A DNA stretch of 64,000 nucleotides from NCBI GenBank assembly GCA_031835245.2, contig JAVKOQ020000028.1, positions 124,001 to 188,000 on the forward strand, read 5' to 3'. Positions 54,199 through 64,000 of the stretch are shown in pieces. The number at the start of each line of letters is the position of its first letter. Position 1 is the first letter of the stretch. The DNA is from Balamuthia mandrillaris (taxonomy: Eukaryota). The translations under genes were made by a program, and so were the position numbers. Under the pieces are notes generated by a model. The model made no database searches and was not told where the DNA came from. It saw nothing but the letters and a program-made list of their open reading frames with translations.

Positions 54199-56047
54199 AT
54201 GGTGGAGGAAGAAGGAGGCATAGAGGTTCTTGGCAGTCCGATGCTGGTGGATGAAGATGAAGCGACTCCACTGCTCGCTACGGACAGCACAACGGACTTG
54301 CTGCTGCCCATAAACCCCTCCTCTGATCTTGGCAAGCAACTCATCAAGACGCGTCGTGTGGAGGCTTCTGTGCCTAGCTCCATGCTGAACCTCACGAACA
54401 GCATCGTGGGCGTTGGCATCCTCTCCATTCCGTACTCCTACAAACTCTCTGGCGTGTTTCCTGGCCTTTTCTTCACATTCTTCGTGTGGATGGCCTCCAG
54501 CTACTCGTTTCAGGTTAGTCCTTGCGTTTCCACGAGGCTTTTTTTTTGCGAAAGCTCTCTTTTTTTGTTTGTTTTAACAAAGAAACCCCTTGTGCTTTGT
54601 AATCCAGGTGTTGGGCATCCTTTCGGAGCGTACGGCTTGCTTTACGTACAAAGGCATAGCGTTGTTCACGTGGGGACGCTTTGTTGCGCTGGTGGGAGAG
54701 CTGGCTATTCTGCTCTATACGTATTTATCTCTGATCGCTCGGCCGATGATCTTGTCTGACTACACCGTTGCCATTCTCTCCAACTGGTATTTGCATTACT
54801 TTGTGTTTCTTCTTTCCGCTTTCCATAGTCTATGAAGTGCTTTGCAAAGTAGTATACTCCTTTCTCACCACAAACAATAACACATGAACAAAAGGGTGGA
54901 CAAGGACTCAGTTCTATTAAAGGACTGGTTCATCATTCTGATCGTAACGGTGGTGTGCTTGTTGCCTTTGGCATCGTTGCCCAACATTGATGCACTCCGC
55001 TTTTCCAGTTTCTTCAGCTTGGTGTGCGTCATCTTTTCTCTAGGGGTGGTTGTGCTTCGTTTCTTCCAGACCTTTCATTGGGATGCTGCCGAGCTCAAGA
55101 AGCAGTTTTTGCACATGGAACCTTTCAACTGGCAGCTCGATATGTTTATGAGTTTCGGTCTCCTCATCGTTTCCTTCACTGCTCACTTTAATCTTCCTCT
55201 TATCTATGGTGAACTCAAGGTACTGCACGAGCTCTCTCTCTCTCTCTCTCCCTCTGTTACAATGAAATACTGACTCTAAACCATTAGAATCGTTCAACCC
55301 GCAAGATCAACACCGTCATTTACTCCTCCTCAACCCTCTGTCTCTTTCTCTACACCACCATGGGACTCTTTGGCTACATGACCTTCCTGAACGACACCAA
55401 AGACAATATCTTGAACAACTATGGAGGCGGCAGCCATGATGTCCCTGTTCTCATCGCCCGCATTGCCCTTTGTCTCGCTATCATCTTCTCCTATCCTCTC
55501 ACGTCTTTTGCTTGCCGCAACGCTATAATGGTCATTTTCTTCTTCGAGTCCAAGTTCAGCTGGATACGGTATTTTGCTGTAACAATCCTCATTGTTGGAT
55601 CAACGTCACTTCTTGCTTTCGTTTTGCCAAACATTAGAGCCATCTTTGGATTTTCTGGAGGTAGCGTTACTTCATTCTGTTTTGTCTTATTTCCTTTCTC
55701 CTGTTTCTTTGCCACTTCTGTTTCCCTTCGTCTTTTTGTTTTTGAAAGTTTACTGACGTTATTTGATTTTCCCCGCAGCTATTTTTGGGGTATGTTTCGT
55801 GTTCTTCCTTCCTGGCCTGTTTTACCTCCGTCTGCCGGATGAGGAGCCAACGCTAGCAAAACCCACCAAAACCATCAACGGCTCCTCCCAAGTGTTGGTG
55901 GAAGAGGCTGGTTACGTTGCCCTTCACCGCCAAGCCAACTGGAAGTCTCTTCGTAGAAAGATTGGGGCCTGGTTTCTGATGATAACCGGCGTGGTGTTAG
56001 GTGTAATGGGCACCATCGGAAGCATCATAAATCTCAAAGATACATAA
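54199..56047 (+). CDS. AAAP/SLC38-family amino acid transporter, probably lysosomal/vacuolar
   Basis: NLTNSIVGVGILSIPY, LRFSSFFSL, SFTAHFNLPLIYGELK, FGYMTF...NILNNY; N-terminal EATPLL dileucine signal. Confidence 0.93.
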
Positions 56048-56210
56048 GACATGCCTCAGCAATGCCTTCTTTTTTTTTTTTTTCGTTTTCTCGTTCATCG
56101 ATTCTCCCAATAAAAAAAAAAAAAATAATCAGGTCGACGCGATTGAAAAAAAGGCGGGAAAAAAGAAAAAGAAACCAAAGAAAGGGAGGCCTCCCGCTAC
56201 TCAAAAAGAA

Positions 56211-57628
56211 ATGGAAGTTGGAGGTGGTGCGAAGGAGCCAGACAGCGAGAGTGGTGCGTTTGTTTGTTTACGTTTGGTGGGCATTTGTTTTTTTGTCCTG
56301 ATGCCACTGTATTTTTGTGTGGCACTTCAAGAAGAGAGCAGCGCCCTGGAGGAGAACTTGTCGGATGACTTCCAACCAAGCAAAAGGGAGCGTTTGGGAA
56401 CTGCCACTAGAAAGAAGAGGAAGCGTAATGAACGGGGCACAAACGTAGCAAACGAATACAATGGCACCACAAGTCCCAGCAATGGGCGTACCAAAAAGAG
56501 AAGGAGAGCTGCGGTTCAAACTAAACAAAGCAAACACACTCAGGTATTACTACTCACTTGGACAAACCACAGAATATGAACAGAATATGGACTAATTATC
56601 GGCCGAAGAAGCCACTCAAAGGCAGCCTCGAAAGCTTTTGGGGAGGCACCCTGAGCGCCACAAGTTCCACGAGCAAAAAGAACACCAACTCGCACTCTGC
56701 TACCGAGATAGTCATTCCAGACACCAGCGAAGACTCGGACTCGAAACAAGACGCCATAGGCAAAGGCCGTTCTCGTCGCGTGGTCGAGCAGTTACTAACA
56801 AAAGGGCTAAACGGAGGAGAAGTGAAGAAAGAAAAGAAAGAAACAGACACAACAGAAAATGAAGCAACAAACTTTCTCAGCTCACCAGAAGAGAGTGCCT
56901 CGAACCCTCCTCCACTCAGGATAGCCAAAAGACAGCGCGGTAGAAAAGTTATGAGCGACAAGGAAACACAAAAGGCAGAGGAACATCCGACGCCGGAAGA
57001 GGAACCAAAGAAGGAAGAGAACGACCCACACCAATCGACCAACGAAAAGCAACAAGGAAACTTTCCCATCACTTTCTCAAAAACTCTTACTGGGGAATGG
57101 ATGGTCAAGTTGCCAAAGAGGTCGAAGGAACAACGCAGAGCTGCGGCACAAAACACAAAGGGCAGAACGGCAAGACAGAACGACACCGCCAACACAACAG
57201 GCAAGTAAACCTTTTTTGTTTCGCATTCAACCTTCGTGCAACACTGACACTATTCTTATGGCTCGGATACCACAGAGTTTTTCCTCAGCAACGCACAGAA
57301 GAAAGAACGAAGGCAATTGGAAACTCAGAAGGAGTTGCAATTGGCGGTACAGCGAACAAGAGAGTTAACATCGGAATGGAGCAGTGGAAGACAATTACAT
57401 CCATTTTTACTCGCAGCCGCGCATAAATCAGGGTCGATGTCAAAAGAACAGGAGATAAACTTGGAGAAAGAAACAGATAAAGTATCACCCGCGGATGTTT
57501 CAATCATCACCAGAGCAGATGTTATGGCGGAAATACAGTCCGAGTATTTCCATGCAGATAGAGGATGGGTTCTTGTGGCGGACAAAGATATTTCTTGCAT
57601 AGCCTACTCACCTGCGGTATACATTTTT

Positions 57629-57670
<42 letters not shown>

Positions 57671-60186
57671 TCTCTTTCTCTTTCTCTGTTTTTTACCGAA
57701 ATAAATGCAGAGTCAAGGAGTCTATTGCGATGTGCGGGAGGCGTTGCAAGCAATCGAGCCGTACAAGTTAGGGAGCAAAAAACCGCGGAAGAAAGAATCA
57801 ACAAAACAAGAGCATGATGGAGAATGTGAAGAAACGGAGAAACAAATGGACTCTCTCATTGCTGATTGCATTCAACTTTTTGTGCAAGATCCACAATCAA
57901 ACAATGTTGAGGAGGACCGCGAATGGGAAGACCAGGGCAGCGCACAAGAATTATGTCGCAGCATTCTGAAGAAAAGTGGCTATTATGATGACCTCGAACA
58001 GGGCCAGACGTCTAGCTCGCAAACTTTGCTCTGGGTGGATAAGTACAAACCGCAGGACTCAAGGCAAGTGCTTTGTGATATTGCATGGAAAGACTTACCG
58101 ATGGATCCGGCTGCTTTTATCTCGGAGTGGCTCCGTGGCTGGAATGAAAATATACAAGACAACCGAACAAAGAAACAAAAAGCAGGTTTGCCTTTTTCGT
58201 ACTTCACTCTCATTGGTCGATTATTTTAATGCATTCAAAAACAAAGCAAAAATGAAAAAGGGCCGAAAGACAACCGTTCGAAACACTAAACTCCCGCATT
58301 GCAATGCACTTTTACTGAAAGGACGCACAGGAGCGTCCTGCAAAACAGCTATGGTCTATGCTTGTGCCCAGGAACACCACTACCGCATATTGGAGGTTAA
58401 CTCCGCGATGAGGAGAGACGGCCGGAAGATTATCCAGCTCTTTTCAGAAGCAACACAGTCGCACCATCTTTCTTGTGCTAAAACTGTATCATCACAGGAA
58501 CCACAAGAAACCTCGCCTTCGTTGGAGCATTCTCTTGTTCTATTCGAAGAGGTGGATGTCGTCTTTGATCAAGATAAGGGATTCTTCTCCGCTGTTGCTG
58601 CCCTCATCCGCGAATCAAAAAGGCCCATTGTTTTAACTTGCAATGGTCCCTCTCTCTCTCTCTCTCTCTCTCTCTTGCTTTCTATGCTCGGTTTTTATGC
58701 TCTTTGCCTTGCTGGTGGCGGCAGTCCTTCTCTTCTTTTTCTTCTTCTTCTTCCGCCCTCTTCTTCTTAGTATTAACTCTACTCTCCCCAGAACTTACTC
58801 CGGAAGTTCGCCAAGCGCTAGAATCAAATGGTATTAATATACTGCTGCTGGAATTCGAAGGCCCGTTGGAACGGGACTTGCTCCTCTACCTTCAACTAGT
58901 GTGTGCAGCAGAGCAAATGCCGATGCACGCTATCACCTCCGCTAGCGACGATCTTCGTTTATTAATTCAACACATGAAGCTAGACGTACGTCAGTTGTTG
59001 ATGACACTTCAGCTGTGGTGTTGTGAGAATAGTGCAACTTTGAAGAAAGATAAAAGAGCTTCTCAACAATCTCTGGAAGACAAGAAACTAGGGCTGGACT
59101 TTGGCCGAATGATTGGCTTTAGGAGATTAACCATCCTACAAGTTCTGTTTGGAATGGGAATGGAACAACAGCGGATAGACCCACAAGAAAGAGAAATCTT
59201 CTTGCGGCATGCCTTCGACCACAACTTCCAGCTAGATTTGTTGTGGCACAACTACTTGTCCATTTTTGAATGTCCGTCTTTGGATAACAGTCGTTTCACT
59301 TTTAAACCTCCAAAAGAGCTCCTTGAAAGGGAGGGCACCATCGACGACCGAGAAGAAGATGCCAGTTCAACAGCAAGCATTAAAGAGAAGGGTATGTAGT
59401 AACTCCGTTCCTTTGGCTTACTCTTGACAACTCACTTTCTATCTATCGGGCCTGAGACTAGTAGTTGATCTGCAATCTATCTCCAACCAAGACAGCACAA
59501 TGGATGTACTTGCCCTTGTCGCAGATAGTTTGTCCTATTGCGATCTCATAGACAGTTATTTCGATGTAAGTAGCTCATGCAGCAGACGATCCTCATGCAC
59601 GCTAACCATATGATTTGATTCTTGGATAAATTCTCTTTCAGAGCGCAGTTGAAATTGACCATGTTCTTCATGACGGTGTACCGGAAATCACTTTCGCCCA
59701 TCACTTGTGTGCTCAACTTCAAATAACGTCCGGAGGACAAGTGGGAACATTGCTTTCAGCGACTCAAACTCCATCCGTGCTTGCCGACCTACGTTGCAAG
59801 CAACCTTTTGGTTCAATTAGGCATGCATCTCTCTCCCTCTCTCCTTTTTCTTGTTTAACGGCAAAAACATGAACAGTGAACCTGCATGTTCAAAACATAG
59901 CAGAGATCGAGTAAATTTTGTGCACAGACGGATAAAAGAGCATTTAGTCCCGTTGCGGCAACGCGGTAGTCAAGAAGAGATGCTGGAATATATCTCATGG
60001 GTAGAGCACATGGTACTTCTGGACAAGGCTGCACCTCTACCCACCAAACGACGAAGGTTTGTATCTGTTATTGTACTTTTTTGTTTTTGTTTTGACAATT
60101 TAAAAAAAAGAAGCAGGAAAGGAAAACGTCATTTTACAGCTCCTCAATTACAATTTTTGTACTTAAATGAGCTTTGTTGGTCTTAA
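56211..60186 (+). CDS. ATAD5/ELG1-like alternative RFC large subunit (PCNA unloader)
   Basis: LWVDKYKPQ, MVYACAQE...ILEVN...RRDG...EATQSH, SLVLFEEVDVVFDQDKGF...SKRPIVLTCN. Confidence 0.9.
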
Positions 60187-60306
60187 GCTTGCTTATTTAA
60201 ATGGAAGACAACTCCACTATCGGCATCTTGCACTCTCTCCCTCTCTCTCCCTCTCTCCCTCTCAGTAGCTACGTAGTATGACCGGAAGCCATGGATTTCT
60301 TTCATT

Positions 60307-60718
60307 TTACTCTTCTCGTTTGCGCAGCAGAAGTTTGGTGCCATTCTTTGGAGTGCCTGTCATCAAGTCTGTCATCATCTCAAGGAGGGTAGCTGGATTG
60401 GTGCCAGGTGGAACGTGCAGGCTGAATGACTTGACGACATTGGCTAACAAAAGTACCGCCTCCACCTCTGCAAACTTCATTCCTATGCAGCTCCTATTAA
60501 CCACATTATTACAGCAACTTATCAGCCTCATGAAAAGCATCGAGTCAGGGGTGGTGCAGCCGTACCGCCTGCCAAGAGAGAAAGGAGCGAAGGCATATGG
60601 GTTTACACTATTTCCACATTCTTCGCTCTTCAAGAATCTTTCAGGTTTGAATAGATCAGGGTCCAGCCAGTTATTGTCATTCCGGTGGAGCGCTAGCACT
60701 GACATCATTATAGTGGTA
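60307..60718 (-). pseudogene. C-terminal fragment of a cytochrome P450 (two exons only)
   Basis: LHRN...WLDPDLFKPERF and heme motif PFSLGRR/SCIG. No ExxR, I-helix or N-terminus upstream. Confidence 0.85.
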
Positions 60719-61372
60719 TATAGTGGACCGAAGGTTAGTACCTTCTCTCTCTTTGGTTGGAAACGATACCCGCAATCTCTTTCTCTTTCTCTCTTGCCCT
60801 CTATTCCTTGTTGTGAAGTGCCGCAAGAGTTAGAGTGTAGGCGCGACTTGGACTTTTGTACACAAGAGGCGCCTTTCCACACTACTTGCGGCATCACTTG
60901 GATCGGAGAGGAACTCGGCCAAACGCTTCTTCTTGCCCATCACGGTGGTATCAGCAACAACAAGAAAAGGAGGAACAAGAAGCCAAGGGAAAGCGCTTGA
61001 GGCACAACTCACTCTCTTCGGCCTCTCCAAGACCTCTAAGAGCGAGGGCGAGGGTGAGGGCGAAGTAGAGGGAAAGGACAAGCATAAACGTGCAGAAGAA
61101 GCTGCTCGGCGACGCCGTTTTGATGCGGCTTGTTGTGCTCGCCTTCTTTCAAGTTTCTCTTGAGCTTCTTCTTGTCGCTGCTGTTCCTCTTGTTCCTTCT
61201 CCTCCCTTTCTCGTTTTTTTTGCGCCCAGTTGTCGGTTCATCTTTTTTTTTTTTGGGTTGTGTCTACAAAAAATAAGTAGGAGGAAAACGCACACCGACT
61301 GCAGATCAACCGTGACGGAAGCGCTCGACCTTTTTGTCGAAGACTTCTGATTCGAGCGGACGCTTAGCGGGG

Positions 61373-64000
61373 ATGAACCCGATGCAGGGGCCGGTGGAGA
61401 GCAGGACAGAGGCCACGCGCATGGATAGCCAGGCCATAAAGACTCCAGGAAGTAGAGCAAAAAATCCAGGAGGTAGAGGAGAAAATCCAGGAGGTAGAGG
61501 AGAAAGTCCAGGAGGTGAAGACGGAAATACGGGCGGAGTCGGACGAGCTCTTGCGCAGCGCGGCTACAGCCCTACTGCCCTCCTTAGTGCAGCGACAAGT
61601 GATGTTGCATGCTCTTCTCAATACCCTCACTGAAAGGCTGCAAGAACATTATGGTATGGTTTTTGTTGGTCATTATGGTGGTGCAGTAGAACTAAAACAC
61701 CAACCAAACCAAAAAAAACAAACAAACAAACACGCAAAAGGGACCGATCGTGGTACTGCCGCGTCCACTAGCTCTGGTCTAGAGGCTCCCTTTTCAAATC
61801 TCCATGTGAGCCTACTAGAAAAAGGCAAAGGTGAGCGTTCCCTCCTCTTGTCGTATTTTACTCGCTAATTTCCGTTCCCTTCACCAAACCTTTCCACTAC
61901 CTTGTCCTTTTCTCACCGCTTGTCTCTTTCACTGGTAAGATCCAACACCTGCCACAGGCAGTCCACTCCGGCCTGTGACTAATGTCGGTAGGTTCCTACC
62001 CTTCCCTCTGACTCTTATGTGTGTTTTTTGTCCCTAAAGGGTTGCGTCAATGCATTCCAGACATTAAACGGCTGGAAGAAAGAATGATGGGCGAAGTGCA
62101 AAAGGCCACAAGCGAAATGCAAAAGGCCACAAGCGAAATGCAAAAGGCCACTCACAGGGACAGGACAGAACGTGCGTCCATACCCATTATTTCCTTTTCG
62201 CTTTGAATTTTTACAAGCAACCACATGATGATAATAACCACAAAAACACCAGGGAGTACTCCGTCAACTTTTGCAGAGAGATACCAGCGATTACCAGTGA
62301 AGAACAAAGTGGTTGAGCCATGGTTCCCTATCCGCCGCAACCAACGAAAAGCAAAGGGGGGTAAACCATTATTTCCTCCTCGTGGGTATCCTGACGCAGG
62401 CGCGTCTGAAAGTAAGGTCGTTCAGCCCTACTGGTCAAGTCAACTGAAGCTCCTTGTGAAGCTCTTTCCGGATCTGCCTATCACCTTGGTGGATACTTAC
62501 AACAAGGTGTCTTTCGGCAGGCGCAAGCCAGACGTTGTGGGCTACTTGAAGGGCAAACCAAAGAGCATATTTTACATCACATTGCTGGGCGATGTCAAAG
62601 CAAGGCGTACAGCGACAAAGGAGGACTTTGACGATTCTGAGAAGGGTCATCTACACTCCTTCCTCGAAGAGCTCCTGCTTGAATACCAGCCCTACCGTAG
62701 TGTGGTGAATGGGTTCCTTACGGATGGCTGTCTAATCCAGTTCTTCCGTCTACAGAAGCTCCCAACCGCAGATAAGTGGACCGAGAGCCCCATCCTTCAT
62801 CTACACAGCGATGGTGGCAAGTGGCTACTAGGACTGCTTCAGAGCAACAAAGCTGCACACGGTTTACCAGAAGACATCGTCATCGATGAAGAGCCAGTCA
62901 TCATGAATGAGCTTCTTGGCATCGGCGGGTCTGCTGTCGTGTACAGCGGCCAGTACAAAGGTATTTCCCCGAGTTTTACAACAACAAACAACAATAGATG
63001 AGTTCATGATTACTAATGATGATCATGATGGTAATAGGTGATACAGTGGTCGTTAAAAGGTTCAACTCGGCGGACAATATATATCACTTGCAGAATGAAA
63101 AACGCTGCCTGGAGGAGGTCCAAGACTTGGTGCCTTCGGTCCCAAAACTCGTTGCTGATGATGAGGAGCAGCTTGTGCTGTTACTTAGTCCTGTCGGAGG
63201 ACACTTTGCTTCTCGGCTTTCCCACTGTACCAACCGCAATACTGTATGTCCATTATCATTATCATCATTATCATTATCAGTTCTTATTATTTTCAAACTG
63301 ACAGAGCCACGACCGCCAGACAATGCTTGCCATGGCAGATGATTTCTGTCAACTGGTGAATATTCTTGAGCAGGTCCACCACAACTATGGATTGGTCCAT
63401 CGGGACGTGCGTCTATCCAACTGCTTTCGACATCTAGACACTGGAACGGTAATGTTGTCCTCATTCTCTCTTCTTCTGTTCTCTTCCTTCTTGCCGTGTG
63501 ACTGGAACTAACATTAGCCGACTTGTTCAACTACACTACCCCTTGTGTTTGTGTCTCATCATCACCATTGAATTTATGACACCTCTCATCAGGTATTTCT
63601 TAATGACTGGGGCTGCGCAACTAAAGTGGGAAAAAAGGTGAAGTTCTCTGGTGCCTTGCAATATGCCCCAGAGCATGTTATTCAGTGCTGGCACTTGAAT
63701 AAGACCTATGAACCTACCTTTGCTCATGACCTAGAGATGGTAGTGAAGAGTGTCTTCCAGACTCTATTCTTCACCACCTTTGAGGAAATACGTGTAGAAG
63801 AGAAGGCAGAAAAGATCATCAAGTTTTGGCGTTACCATTTGGCACCAACAATTTGGTCCTCCATGCTGACTACTGCCCAAAAGGGAGATTATGAATCACT
63901 CAGGAAACAAATTCGAGACCTCCTGCCTGGTACTTATCACTCACCACATATGTTTTATTTCCAATCAACTGACCAATTGCTTTCCTTCCTCAAGGAAGTA
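61373..64000 (+). CDS. Crinkler-type effector-like protein: heptad coiled-coil header + PD-(D/E)xK nuclease + divergent kinase; 3' end off-window; apparent 1-nt frameshift at ~61439
   Basis: Nuclease motifs ESKVVQ, RKPD, LLGDVK, QPYR...GFLTDGCLIQFF. Kinase motifs LLGIGGSAVVY, VVVK, HRDVRLSN, LNDWG, HDLE. Phase-compatible introns link the exons. Confidence 0.85.
61443..61520 (+). repeat. 21-bp tandem repeat (about 3.5 units) encoding IQEVEEK heptads
   Basis: AAAATCCAGGAGGTAGAGGAG units. Confidence 0.85.
62092..62151 (+). repeat. 21-bp tandem repeat (about 3 units) encoding EMQKATS heptads
   Basis: GAAATGCAAAAGGCCACAAGC units. Confidence 0.88.

Noticed and set aside
61334..61633. Collagen-like PGGRGEN repeat ORF
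   Set aside because: The alternate frame gives amphipathic heptads that splice in phase into the nuclease-kinase exons.

Overview
Gene-dense eukaryotic DNA, not prokaryotic. It holds about 25 loci with short GT-AG introns filled with microsatellites (CT, TTC, TTG, GACA). Gene content and intron style suggest a free-living amoebozoan (Balamuthia/Acanthamoeba-like); this is inference. Recognisable genes: AT-hook WD40 protein, LRR protein, PEX19, SMG7/EST1-like factor, SFC1-type mitochondrial carrier, BMT5-like methyltransferase, FYVE-DH and ankyrin-DH-PH RhoGEFs, MAPK15/ErkB-type MAPK, F-box-Rho fusion, two cyclophilins (one bacterial-type), TKL kinase, secretory glutaredoxin, AAAP transporter and ATAD5/ELG1. 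Accessory content: four type-I surface proteins with a ComC-supersandwich-like ectodomain, a ~5 kb tandem duplication (cyclophilin plus EGF-repeat receptor) with a decaying second copy, a broken GT90 gene, a truncated P450, and a Crinkler-type coiled-coil + PD-(D/E)xK nuclease + kinase gene at the right end. The main non-coding signals are a GTCGAC palindrome upstream of many genes (7 copies in 100 bp before PEX19) and an array of four regularly spaced tRNA T-arm/B-box elements with no tRNA. Exon boundaries were read by eye and are approximate. Family assignments come from motif recognition, not database searches.
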